Below, one piece after another: positions 30,168-39,210 of a stretch of DNA of 64,000 nt. The first letter of the stretch is position 1. Each line of letters begins with the position of its first letter. Both the position numbers and the translations under genes were made by a program. The stretch is from Chloroflexota bacterium (GTDB lineage: Bacteria > Chloroflexota > Dehalococcoidia > Lucifugimonadales > Lucifugimonadaceae), in NCBI GenBank assembly GCA_002714425.1, contig PAXI01000005.1, positions 100,877 to 164,876 of the forward strand, written 5' to 3'. The notes under the pieces were generated by a model. It saw nothing but the letters and a program-made list of their open reading frames with translations. It did not search any database and had not been told where the DNA came from.

Positions 30168-31307
30168 ATGCCTAAACATAAAACCTACAAAACAGGACCG
30201 TTCTTTGAAAGAGCAGTGCTTGTTGGCATAAGCTTAAGAAACAACGAGAGTAATTGGAGTACGAAGGATTCTCTTTCAGAACTTTCTCAACTAGCGATAG
30301 CAGCACAAACTAATCCGATTACTCGATTTTCACAATCATTAAATTCGCCTAGTCAAACATATTTAGGAAAAGGTAAATTAAACGAACTAAAAGATTTGAT
30401 AGGTGAAAAAAAAATAAACGTTGCAATTTTCGATGATGAATTGAATCCGAATCAACAAAGAATGCTAGAGGACCACCTAAAAATAAAGGTTATTGATAGA
30501 ACTGCACTGATTATAGATGTGTTTGCACAAAGAGCAAATACAAAAGAAGGGCGTTTACAAATTGAATTAGCCCAAACAGAATATTTATTACCTAGATTAG
30601 CTGGTCAATGGTCACATCTAGAGAGATTAGGTGGCGGTGTTGGAACTAGAGGACCAGGAGAAACTCAAATTGAAACTGACAGGAGATTAGTTAGAAAAAA
30701 AATTAGTAAAATAAAAAAAGAAATAGATAGAATACAAAATCAAAGAGAAAACCAAAGAATTAATAGATATCAGAATTTTATTAAAAATATTTCTTTAGTT
30801 GGATATACAAATGCAGGTAAATCAGCCCTATTTAATAATTTGACAAGTTCAAAAGTAATCGAAAAGAATCAATTGTTTTCAACCTTAGATACCACTTCAA
30901 GAAAGCTATACATAAACACAGATCTAAACTGCATAATAAGTGATACTGTTGGGTTTGTAAATAAACTTCCACCCATATTAGTAGCTGCCTTTAGAACAAC
31001 CCTTGAGGAGTCGATTAATTCTCAGTTACTGTTACATATTTCAGATATTTCTAGCCCTTACCTGATACAGCAAATTATTATAGTCAATAAACAACTAGCC
31101 GAACTAGGAATAGGGGATAAACCAAAAATTCTGGTTCTAAATAAAAAAGACCTTATAAGTGAAAATGAATACGAACCAATAGATAATAATTTATATAAAA
31201 AAATTAATCAAACTGGAATAAAGTATGAAGATATAATACTAGCTTCTGCTCAAGAAAACTGGGGCATAAAAGAAATCAAATCATCGATACACCAACACTT
31301 CAATTAG
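30168..31307 (+). CDS. hflX: Ribosome-splitting GTPase HflX
   Basis: GVGTRGPGETQIETDRR, GYTNAGKS, LFSTLD, DTVGF, NKKD. Confidence 0.97.
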   Translation: MPKHKTYKTGPFFERAVLVGISLRNNESNWSTKDSLSELSQLAIAAQTNPITRFSQSLNSPSQTYLGKGKLNELKDLIGEKKINVAIFDDELNPNQQRMLEDHLKIKVIDRTALIIDVFAQRANTKEGRLQIELAQTEYLLPRLAGQWSHLERLGGGVGTRGPGETQIETDRRLVRKKISKIKKEIDRIQNQRENQRINRYQNFIKNISLVGYTNAGKSALFNNLTSSKVIEKNQLFSTLDTTSRKLYINTDLNCIISDTVGFVNKLPPILVAAFRTTLEESINSQLLLHISDISSPYLIQQIIIVNKQLAELGIGDKPKILVLNKKDLISENEYEPIDNNLYKKINQTGIKYEDIILASAQENWGIKEIKSSIHQHFN

Positions 31308-31397
31308 TTTAATCCTATGTAACGTCGCACTATCATTGTTATGTAAAGTTGGCAGTAGTACTAGAATCCTAAACTAAATCCGAGTAAAATATATAGT

Positions 31398-32609
31398 ATG
31401 AAAAAAATTCTAACTATATTACTAATAACCATTCTAGTTATTGCTTGTTCTGACAATTCGAATCAAACTAGTAATGATGAAAATTCAAATAATGGAAACC
31501 CTAATAAAAATATAAAAATCTCTGACGAACTAATGATTATCTGGGAGGCCTATGAAATATTATCCGAAGAATACATAGATAAGGAAAATCTAAAGCCTGA
31601 AATTCTTGCCGAAGAAGCAATTAGAGGCATGTTGAATTCTCTAAATGACCCCTACACATCATATGTGCCTCCTGAGACCTTTAAAATCGACCAAGAAACT
31701 TTTATGGGACATTTTGCTGGTATAGGTGCAAATGTAGAACTCTCTCCGGATAATAACGGAATACTAATTACAAAAACTCACTCAGATACTCCAGCAGAAG
31801 CCTCTGGAATAAAAGCTGGAGATAGAATAATACGAATTGATGGTGAAGACTCCACAAAAATGACTTTGAGTGAAGCTGTAAACAAAATTAGAGGGGAAAA
31901 AGATACCCCAGTTACTCTGACCATTATGAGAATTGGAGTAGAAAGTGAACTTGACATAACAATTGTAAGGGGCATCATAGATACCCCAAGCGTTCAATCA
32001 TATGAAATACCTGATTCAGATTTTGTTAGAATCGTTATTTCCCAGTTTACAGCCAAGACTCACGATGAAATTATTAAGATTATTGATAAATTTATAAATG
32101 AAAATATCAAAGGCTTTGTTTTGGATTTACGAGGTAACCCTGGAGGACTTCTAAGTTCTACAGTAAACGTTGCCTCCCTATTCATAGACGAAGGATTAAT
32201 TACATACGAAATAACCTCTGATGGCAATCGGGAAGAATGGAAAGTCAGAAAAACAAAAGATTATAAAAACATACCAATTGTTACATTAGTTGACAGATAT
32301 TCAGCAAGTGGATCTGAAGTTTTGGCTGGTGCATTACAAGATCATGAAAGGTCTATAATAATTGGTGAAAAAACTTTTGGCAAAGGTAGCGTCAATATGA
32401 TGAGTTCTCTATCAAATGATGGAGGCGTATATATAACTATAGGAAGATGGTATACCCCAATGGGTAGGCAAATCGAAGGGCTAGGAATAGAACCTGATTT
32501 AATTATTGAAAACAAATTATTATCTGAATCCAATGCATATGATAATAATTTTACTGATCTACAGTTAAATGCAGCTATTACACAATTAAATTACGAGATA
32601 AATAACTAA
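31398..32609 (+). CDS. ctpA: S41 carboxyl-terminal processing protease (lipoprotein)
   Basis: Lipobox VIAC, DPY, PDZ GIG, DLRGNPGG, SASGSE, GEKTFGKG, GIEPD. Confidence 0.93.
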   Translation: MKKILTILLITILVIACSDNSNQTSNDENSNNGNPNKNIKISDELMIIWEAYEILSEEYIDKENLKPEILAEEAIRGMLNSLNDPYTSYVPPETFKIDQETFMGHFAGIGANVELSPDNNGILITKTHSDTPAEASGIKAGDRIIRIDGEDSTKMTLSEAVNKIRGEKDTPVTLTIMRIGVESELDITIVRGIIDTPSVQSYEIPDSDFVRIVISQFTAKTHDEIIKIIDKFINENIKGFVLDLRGNPGGLLSSTVNVASLFIDEGLITYEITSDGNREEWKVRKTKDYKNIPIVTLVDRYSASGSEVLAGALQDHERSIIIGEKTFGKGSVNMMSSLSNDGGVYITIGRWYTPMGRQIEGLGIEPDLIIENKLLSESNAYDNNFTDLQLNAAITQLNYEINN

Positions 32610-32610
32610 T

Positions 32611-33087
32611 ATGAAACAAAAAAATTCAAGTCTAGCAACAAATCGTAAAGCGAGATATGATTACTCCGTAACAGAAACTTTTGAAGCAGGATTAGTACTC
32701 CTAGGTACAGAAATAAAATCTATTCGAGAAGGAAAAATAAGTATTTCTGAAGGCTATATTTACATAAAAAATAATGAAGCTTGGTTAGAAAATGCAAATA
32801 TACCGACTTATTCACCCGCAGGAGAACTTAACCAACATGATCCGTATAGATCGAAAAAATTATTACTCACAAAAAAACAAATAAATTACATTAAAAGTGA
32901 AATTGAAAAATCTGGATATTCTGCTATACCTCTAAAAATATATATTAAGAATAGAGTAGCCAAATTGCTATTGGGATTAGGAAAAGGCAAGAGACAATAT
33001 GATAAAAGAGAAGTTATAAAAAAGAGGGATTCCAACAGAACAATTGAACGTGCAATGAAAAAAAAATTATCAGATTTTCAAAAGTAA
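32611..33087 (+). CDS. smpB: SsrA-binding protein
   Basis: NRKARYDY, EAGLVLLGTEIKSIR, KLLL, GKGKRQYDKRE; followed by ssrA. Confidence 0.98.
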   Translation: MKQKNSSLATNRKARYDYSVTETFEAGLVLLGTEIKSIREGKISISEGYIYIKNNEAWLENANIPTYSPAGELNQHDPYRSKKLLLTKKQINYIKSEIEKSGYSAIPLKIYIKNRVAKLLLGLGKGKRQYDKREVIKKRDSNRTIERAMKKKLSDFQK

Positions 33088-33099
33088 CACACATGTATA

Positions 33100-33105
33100 T
33101 ATAAT
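33100..33105 (+). promoter_or_regulatory. Candidate sigma70 -10 box for ssrA
   Basis: Perfect TATAAT ending 8 nt before the mature tmRNA 5' end; the AT-rich background limits certainty. Confidence 0.5.
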
Positions 33106-33113
33106 AGTCATAT

Positions 33114-33469
33114 GGGGACGCGTGGTTTAGACAGGAATTTAGTTTTTTGATTTGCGGGTCGTGGCGCCGTGCACCACGTAAAAAGCGGCAAAATTATAAA
33201 TGGCGATAAAGAATTCGCTCTCGCTGCTTAATAAATAGTTAGCGACGTTCAAAAATTTTTTTGCTCGATGGAAATTTTTGAGCGACGATTAGTCGAGCTG
33301 CCTTGTATGAGTTGTTAGTATCATACAATTAAGCACCCACTAACTGGTCATTGTAATTTGTGCCGACGGGATTGTTACAATGATAAGAATTTTTCCGACG
33401 GCTACACTCGTAGAGGTCAAAATTTTAACTTTTCTGGACGGGGAGTTCAACTCTCCCCCGTCTCCACCA
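33114..33469 (+). ncRNA. ssrA: tmRNA; tag reading frame 33202-33231 encodes (A)GDKEFALAA
   Basis: Acceptor stem GGGGACG / CGTCTCC with a G3:U pair, ACCA 3' end, T-loop TTCAACT, ATAAAT before the resume codon GGC, tandem TAA TAA stops; downstream of smpB. Confidence 0.96.
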
Positions 33470-34117
33470 TTATTGATTATTTAGAGTGTAATTTTCTACG
33501 GAACCTGAAAAAATTACTTTACCGCTATCCATATGTATTATTTCATCGGAAAATAATATTGCTGAATCTATATCATGTGTAACTAATATTATGGTCTTAT
33601 CGAATGATTGTATTTCCCTAAGTAATTTGTAAAAATCTAGTTTAGATGCTTGATCAATTGAAGACAATGGTTCGTCCATTATGATTATATCCCTAGATTG
33701 AGATAGACAAAATGCAAGCCAAACCCTTTGTTTTTCACCCTCAGACAAATCATAAAAATATTTTGAATATAATTTCTCAATACCACATTGAGAAAGATAT
33801 TTATCGAGTAGTTTATATTTATATTTTTTTTCGATATTTAATAATGTCATGCCAGATAGTACTATTTCATAAACTTTGAGAAAAGGAGGATCTTGTATTG
33901 TTTGAGGAATATATGAAATTTTTTCAGAAATAGGCGCAATGATTTGCCCACTTGTGGGATATATATTTGAGGTTAAGAGGCTTAGTAAAGTAGTCTTGCC
34001 AGACCCATTAGATCCAACAACACTTGTAAATTTTTCAGGAGCTATAGAAAAATCAACATTGTCTAAAATTTTCACATTATTAACAATATAATCTACATTT
34101 TTAAAAAACATTTTCAT
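33470..34117 (-). CDS. ABC transporter ATP-binding subunit (iron-chelate/cobalamin type)
   Basis: GSNGSGKTT, LSEGEKQR, IIIMDEP, VTHD. Confidence 0.93.
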   Translation of the reverse strand: MKMFFKNVDYIVNNVKILDNVDFSIAPEKFTSVVGSNGSGKTTLLSLLTSNIYPTSGQIIAPISEKISYIPQTIQDPPFLKVYEIVLSGMTLLNIEKKYKYKLLDKYLSQCGIEKLYSKYFYDLSEGEKQRVWLAFCLSQSRDIIIMDEPLSSIDQASKLDFYKLLREIQSFDKTIILVTHDIDSAILFSDEIIHMDSGKVIFSGSVENYTLNNQ

Positions 34118-35094
34118 TTTAGTTTTAGCCTGTAACCTATATAAATCATTAATGGCGCTGCGAATGCTGTAGTTATCATTCCAACTGGCAACTCTGAGGG
34201 AGAAAATAAACTTCTAGCAATTTGATCTGCAAAAAGAACAAATACTCCCCCAATTAATGTAGTTAAAAATAATAGTTTTTTAGAATCATTTCCTATAATA
34301 TTTCTTGCTATATGAGGAGATAATAGACCTACAAAACCAACAATACCTGCTGCATAAACTGAGCTTGATGCAAGTACTCCAGCTATAGTTATACAAACTA
34401 ATCTTGATTTTGCTGGGTTAACTCCTAATGTTTTTGCAAGAGTATCTCCCAAAAGTAATGGTGTAAAAGACCTAATAAAAAATATTGAAACGACTATTGA
34501 AAATATAAATACAAAAAGAGTATAAATTAATATTTCCCAACTACTAGATGAAAAAGATCCGGATATTAGGCCTAAGGCCTGAGAAGGAAAAACCTTACCA
34601 TATGACACTACTCCTGTGCTAAGAGCGACACTAATTGCGCCTAAGGCAATACCAATAATTGTAATTTTTATCGGGGGGAAATCTTTTTTATATAATATTG
34701 CTATAAGGACAGAAGAAACAACTAATCCTCCAATAATACTTGAAATAAATAAATTAATATTACTAAAACTTATAATTCCTGCAACAACAAAAGCTTTGAA
34801 AAAACTTGCTCCTCCTCCTACTCCAAAAATATGAGGATCTCCAAATGGAGAGCGCGTTGAAAATTGTATAAGAGCCCCAGAGAGACCTAGGCTACAACCA
34901 GCTATAAAACTACATAGTATTCTAGGAATTCTGATATCCCAAATAATTGTGTAGAGAAGATTTTCTTGGTCGCGATTTATTATTACAGAAATAACTTCTA
35001 TTAGAGAATTATCATAAGCACCCTTAGTTAGCCCCCAGTACACTGAAATAAGCGAGAGAGTTACCAAGAGTGCATATGAATAATTTTTTTTCAA
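34114..35094 (-). CDS. FecCD/BtuC-family ABC permease
   Basis: IWDIRIPR, LSGALIQ, GIVGFVGLLSPHIAR, ADQIAR, ELPVG; TTG start. Confidence 0.94.
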   Translation of the reverse strand: MKKNYSYALLVTLSLISVYWGLTKGAYDNSLIEVISVIINRDQENLLYTIIWDIRIPRILCSFIAGCSLGLSGALIQFSTRSPFGDPHIFGVGGGASFFKAFVVAGIISFSNINLFISSIIGGLVVSSVLIAILYKKDFPPIKITIIGIALGAISVALSTGVVSYGKVFPSQALGLISGSFSSSSWEILIYTLFVFIFSIVVSIFFIRSFTPLLLGDTLAKTLGVNPAKSRLVCITIAGVLASSSVYAAGIVGFVGLLSPHIARNIIGNDSKKLLFLTTLIGGVFVLFADQIARSLFSPSELPVGMITTAFAAPLMIYIGYRLKLK

Positions 35095-35103
35095 TTATTA
35101 GAC

Positions 35104-36096
35104 TTAAAAGTTTTCTTTCATAAAAGCCACAGCGTCAACAATTCTCGGTCCTGGTGAGTTAAGAAATATTACGACATCTGATTCAATAACCTTGTTTGTT
35201 TGCATAGCTTTCAAACCCTTGAATGGAGGAATAAAGCCTAAAGACTGAGATAGCCTAGGAGCAGGTTCAGGAGCAGGCGTTATTGTGAAAATCATATCAG
35301 GATTTGCCCTCAATATTTGCTCTGTGGACATAAGTGCGAAACCTGGATAAGGACCACTATCTTCAGCATCTCCTGCTGCATTTTCAAGACCTGCTAAACT
35401 TGCAATCAAACCAGTATATGATTTTTTAGTAGCTGCATACAAATTTTGATCTTGATCTCCTATTAACATTAAAGCAGTTTTACCTTCTGCTCCAGTGCCG
35501 TATGTCACTAGGTCTTGTTTTATAACGTCTACTACACTCTCAGCATATCCTGTGTCTCCAAGAATAGTTCCTACATTTGTTAATGATTTGTATAAATCAT
35601 CAATAGTTTCTATCTTTATTGCAAACACTTTTAAACCTAACTGTTGCAATTGACCTATAAATCTTGACTGAGTTAATGCTTCGATAATAACTAGGTCGGG
35701 ATTTTGTGCAACTAAATCTTCAATAGACGGGTCATATGAACTACCTACGCTTGGTAAACTATTTACCTCTGCAGGATATCTAGAAGCCCTATCTCTTATG
35801 ACTGAAGTACCTCCAGCCTTATATAAGATTTCAGTAGCACTTGGACTAATTGTTGCAATTCTGCTTGGAACTGAGTCAAAAGACACTTTATTTCCAAGAG
35901 CATCAATTACAGAAAATTCCACTTTGAGCTCTTCAGTTTTTTTTGCTGGTAATGGGTCAGCAGCTGGCTCAGGTTCCTTTGCTGGCGCAGCTTCTGCAGC
36001 AGCCATAGGCTGTACAGGCTTTGAAGATGAATCTTCTACTCCAGATGAGCAAGCTAAGGATAAGATTAAGACCATTAATAATAACAATTTTAACAT
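35104..36096 (-). CDS. ABC substrate-binding lipoprotein (BtuF/HmuT/FhuD class)
   Basis: Lipobox SLAC, Pro/Ala linker, DALGNKV..PSRIATISPSATEIL, PSIEDLVAQNPDLVI, PGPRIVDA. Confidence 0.92.
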   Translation of the reverse strand: MLKLLLLMVLILSLACSSGVEDSSSKPVQPMAAAEAAPAKEPEPAADPLPAKKTEELKVEFSVIDALGNKVSFDSVPSRIATISPSATEILYKAGGTSVIRDRASRYPAEVNSLPSVGSSYDPSIEDLVAQNPDLVIIEALTQSRFIGQLQQLGLKVFAIKIETIDDLYKSLTNVGTILGDTGYAESVVDVIKQDLVTYGTGAEGKTALMLIGDQDQNLYAATKKSYTGLIASLAGLENAAGDAEDSGPYPGFALMSTEQILRANPDMIFTITPAPEPAPRLSQSLGFIPPFKGLKAMQTNKVIESDVVIFLNSPGPRIVDAVAFMKENF

Positions 36097-36291
36097 TTTA
36101 TTTAATTCCCTAATGAATAGTTTACTTATTTAGTACACTTTAATTTTACTAATTTTAAACTACTTTTGTAGTATAAATTTTATAAATTTTTACAATTTTT
36201 CTAGATGACATAACAAGTATGATATGGTAATATTTAACTTTTCCCTTGTATACTCTTAAAATACACTCTCTCATTAGTCACTTAGTGGTAA

Positions 36292-37560
36292 ATAAAAATT
36301 CAAAATAAACTAAATATAAATGACAGAAAAGTTTATCACGGATGGTATATAGCATTTGTATCCTTTATTTCTATAGGAACTGTTCTTGGTACAACTCAAT
36401 TCGTATTCGGACTTTTTATAATCCCATTTGAAGAAGAATTTGGCTGGTCAAGAACCGAAGTGAATTTGGCATTAACTTTTGGAGGTGTAACTTCGTCCTT
36501 AATTTCTCCCTTTATAGGAAACATCTTAGATAAATATGGTCCAAGAAAAACTATGATTATTTCGATATTTTTAGTTGCAATTGGATTTTTACTAAGATCT
36601 CAAACCCAAAATTTAATGTCATTATATATTTTTACTATCCTAATGTTTTTAGGAGTACCTGGTTCGACAATAATGCCGGCATCAAAATTAATAATTACAT
36701 GGTTTCCAAAAACAACCGGGAGAATGATGGGAGGTGTCACATCAGGGAATAATTTAGGAAGCGCCTTTGCAGTACCTGCAGTTGCAACCCTACTAACAAT
36801 ATTTGGGTGGCGTTTAACTCATTTAATTATTGGTTTGTCATTGATAATATTACTTTTCATAATTTTATTCATAGTAAAGGATGATAATAAAAAACTTATA
36901 AGTAAAAAATATCCTTCAAGAAAAAAAGATCAATTATTATCACCTAAATCTAAGATATTGGAAAATATATATAGAAACCAAATATTTTGGTTGATAATTC
37001 TAGGCATGACTTTGCAACAATTTTTGAGATTTGGAGTAGTTAGTCAATTAATCCCTCACTTTGATCAAATTGGTTTATCATTGTCTATAGCTTCTGGATT
37101 AATGATCATTCTCTCAATAGGAGGAGCCTCGAGTAAACTTATATTTGGACCATTAAGTGAAAAAATAACAGCAAGAATAGCTTTCATATTAATAATGATT
37201 CTCCAAACTATTGGACTACTAATATTACTTTACTCTGAATCTATAATGTTCATTTGGATATCAATTACTATTATGGGATTAGGAATGGGGGGTGTTGGGG
37301 CATTAACACCCTTAGTGTTCTCAGAAATTTTTGGAACAAAAAATTTAGGTCAAATTATAGGAGTAAGTAGAGTTGGTCTAGTTGCGCCTGCAATAGCTGG
37401 ACCTTTATTAGCAGGATTGATTTATGATAATTATAATAACTATAAATATTTGTTTTGGATTATGATTGCTTTGCTTATATTATCAATTATATGCTTTATC
37501 TTAGCTTCCCTTATGCATAAAAACACTCATAGAAATATTTCAAAACCCAGCATTAAATAA
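36292..37560 (+). CDS. MFS transporter (start codon unresolved)
   Basis: The open frame extends upstream of the GTG at 36460 through KVYHGWYI..GTTQFVFGLFIIPFEEEFGWSR; motif A GNILDKYGPRK; about 12 TM segments. Confidence 0.88.
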   Translation: MKIQNKLNINDRKVYHGWYIAFVSFISIGTVLGTTQFVFGLFIIPFEEEFGWSRTEVNLALTFGGVTSSLISPFIGNILDKYGPRKTMIISIFLVAIGFLLRSQTQNLMSLYIFTILMFLGVPGSTIMPASKLIITWFPKTTGRMMGGVTSGNNLGSAFAVPAVATLLTIFGWRLTHLIIGLSLIILLFIILFIVKDDNKKLISKKYPSRKKDQLLSPKSKILENIYRNQIFWLIILGMTLQQFLRFGVVSQLIPHFDQIGLSLSIASGLMIILSIGGASSKLIFGPLSEKITARIAFILIMILQTIGLLILLYSESIMFIWISITIMGLGMGGVGALTPLVFSEIFGTKNLGQIIGVSRVGLVAPAIAGPLLAGLIYDNYNNYKYLFWIMIALLILSIICFILASLMHKNTHRNISKPSIK

Positions 37561-37593
37561 AAAAAGAGAACACCAGCGTCCTCTTTTTTTATT
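37556..37593. terminator. Intrinsic terminator, probably bidirectional, between the convergent MFS and znuA genes
   Basis: AATAAAAAAAGAG..CTCTTTTTTTATT inverted repeat. On the minus strand the stem GAGGAC/GTTCTC is followed by T7. Confidence 0.8.
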
Positions 37594-37596
37594 AAG

Positions 37597-37620
37597 TGGA
37601 AGATTGGTCACAAACTTCCA
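37597..37620 (-). other. Second hairpin just after the znuA stop (possible mRNA 3' stabiliser)
   Basis: TGGAAG-A-TTG-GTCA-CAA-A-CTTCCA; no U-tract. Confidence 0.4.
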
Positions 37621-37624
37621 ATTT

Positions 37625-38761
37625 CTATTTAGCAGATAAACCTTCAACTAATATTGAAACGTTATTTTCTATCCAATCAATATATGATTGATCGGCAGAT
37701 TTCATATTTTCAACAGTCATACCTGTAATAAGAGTTATACCTGTATCATCAACCATAGAATCTGCCATCTTTTTAGCTACGTTGTCTTCAACAATAAGAA
37801 AATTCGCTTTAGAGTCATTGATTACATCCAACATTTCTATATACTTAGAACTTGTAATCTCCAAATCTTCAAGGTTATAAGCATACACACTACCTGCAGC
37901 AGTTAATGAATACTTTGTAATCAAGTATCCTAATGATTCATGCATTGTTATAAAAGGAATACTTGAAATCATAGAATTATCGATTTTTTCTTTAGTTTGA
38001 GTAGCAAAATCAGCTAATTTTTTAGCATATGCAGACTGATTGTCAACATATGATTTTTCATTTTCAGAGTCTAAGGCTACCATAGTTTGACTAATTTTTT
38101 CTGTAGCAAGAATAACCCTATCTATATCGAACCAGAAATGTGGGTCAAACTCACCATGATCATGACCTTCATGACCAGCATGGTCGTCATGCTTATCTTC
38201 ATCACCGTGATCAGCATGGTCATCATGCTTATCTTCATCACCGTGATCAGCATGGTCGTCATGCTTATCTTCATCGCCGTGATCAGCATGGTCATCATGC
38301 TTATCTTCATCGCCGTGATCAGCATGGTCGTCATGGCCGTGGCCTTCATGATCATCATGACCATCTTCTTCAAAAGCCATAGGGTTGACATATGAAAGTA
38401 ACTCTACATGATTTATGTTATTCTCTTCAATAAATTTGATTAGAGAAGAACTTTCATATCCTTCCCCTATTAGGAAAAAAACATCAGATTCAGATATTTT
38501 TGTAAAATCTTTTGGAGTAAATTGATAATGATGCGCATCTGAATCATACGGAATCAGATTACTAATATCATTATTATTATCTCCATCAATATTTTTTATC
38601 CAGTCGGTAATTATGGGACTAGATGTAGTTATTGTCAGGTTTCCAATTTCTTTTTCTTCAGTAACTACTTCATCAGAAGAACATGCCAAAATTATTGAGA
38701 AAATTATCAACAATAGTGAAAAGGAAATTGCAGGACGAATATTATTTATTTTTTTGTACAA
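37625..38761 (-). CDS. znuA: Zn/Mn ABC substrate-binding lipoprotein (cluster A-I) with His/Asp-rich repeat loop
   Basis: Lipobox ILAC, DAHHY, DPHFW, HESLGY; TTG start at 38761 with GGAG SD, inside the zur 3' end. Confidence 0.9.
   Translation of the reverse strand: MYKKINNIRPAISFSLLLIIFSIILACSSDEVVTEEKEIGNLTITTSSPIITDWIKNIDGDNNNDISNLIPYDSDAHHYQFTPKDFTKISESDVFFLIGEGYESSSLIKFIEENNINHVELLSYVNPMAFEEDGHDDHEGHGHDDHADHGDEDKHDDHADHGDEDKHDDHADHGDEDKHDDHADHGDEDKHDDHAGHEGHDHGEFDPHFWFDIDRVILATEKISQTMVALDSENEKSYVDNQSAYAKKLADFATQTKEKIDNSMISSIPFITMHESLGYLITKYSLTAAGSVYAYNLEDLEITSSKYIEMLDVINDSKANFLIVEDNVAKKMADSMVDDTGITLITGMTVENMKSADQSYIDWIENNVSILVEGLSAK
38176..38335. repeat. 36-bp coding tandem repeat, 4 full copies plus a partial copy (HDDHADHGDEDK)
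   Basis: Unit CAGCATGGTCRTCATGCTTATCTTCATCRCCGTGAT starting at 38176, 38212, 38248 and 38284; partial copy at 38320. Confidence 0.97.
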
Positions 38762-39210
38762 TTTAAACACTCCATATATACAACAAGTTGGTGAGAAATT
38801 AAGTTCCAATCTTCATTAGAACTTATATTTTTCATAATTTTTTCAAATGCCGGAAAGTGTCTGTCTGTAACACAACCGCATTTTACGCAAAAAAGATGAT
38901 GGTGATGCCTTGAACTAGTAGATCTAGTGTAAACGGCTCCCCCATCTATATCTATTTTACATATTGAACCTATGTCTGATAAATTTTTTAGAATTCTAAA
39001 AATTGTTGCTCTTCCAATATCTGGAGCAGAACTAACAAGTTCCTCGGAACCAAAGGTATGTGAGTGATCTATTTCTTCAGACTCACAACATAAATCTCCA
39101 TCCAAATGATTGGAAGTTAATTCAAGTATTTTTTTGGTTACTATCTTTCTAGGCTTAGTAAGAGTAAAACCAGCATTATGTAGTTCTTGATCTAATAAAT
39201 TTTGAGACAT
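38746..39210 (-). CDS. zur: Fur-family regulator, probably Zur
   Basis: TKPRKIV, IGRATIFRIL, HHHHLFCVKCG, C-terminal CLNC; overlaps the znuA start. Confidence 0.85.
   Translation of the reverse strand: MSQNLLDQELHNAGFTLTKPRKIVTKKILELTSNHLDGDLCCESEEIDHSHTFGSEELVSSAPDIGRATIFRILKNLSDIGSICKIDIDGGAVYTRSTSSRHHHHLFCVKCGCVTDRHFPAFEKIMKNISSNEDWNLISHQLVVYMECLNCTKK

Noticed and set aside
31308..31397. Slightly GC-richer intergenic stretch after hflX as a possible small RNA
   Set aside because: No convincing stem-loops or known motif; explained adequately as the ctpA promoter region
33358..33582. 74-aa ORF on the plus strand
   Set aside because: Overlaps the tmRNA 3' half and the antisense strand of the ABC ATPase; no protein-like features
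36097..36290. Cobalamin riboswitch upstream of the BtuF-like gene
   Set aside because: Very AT-rich and lacks the B12-box and conserved core elements; only an isolated AGGGAA is present
38176..38335. 36-bp repeats as a possible CRISPR array
   Set aside because: Head-to-tail with no spacers, in frame within znuA, and no cas genes
38087..38395. Three extra ORFs (38087-38395 +, 38122-38391 -, 38140-38382 +) with repetitive Met- or His-rich translations
   Set aside because: Alternative-frame shadows of the stop-free 36-bp znuA repeat
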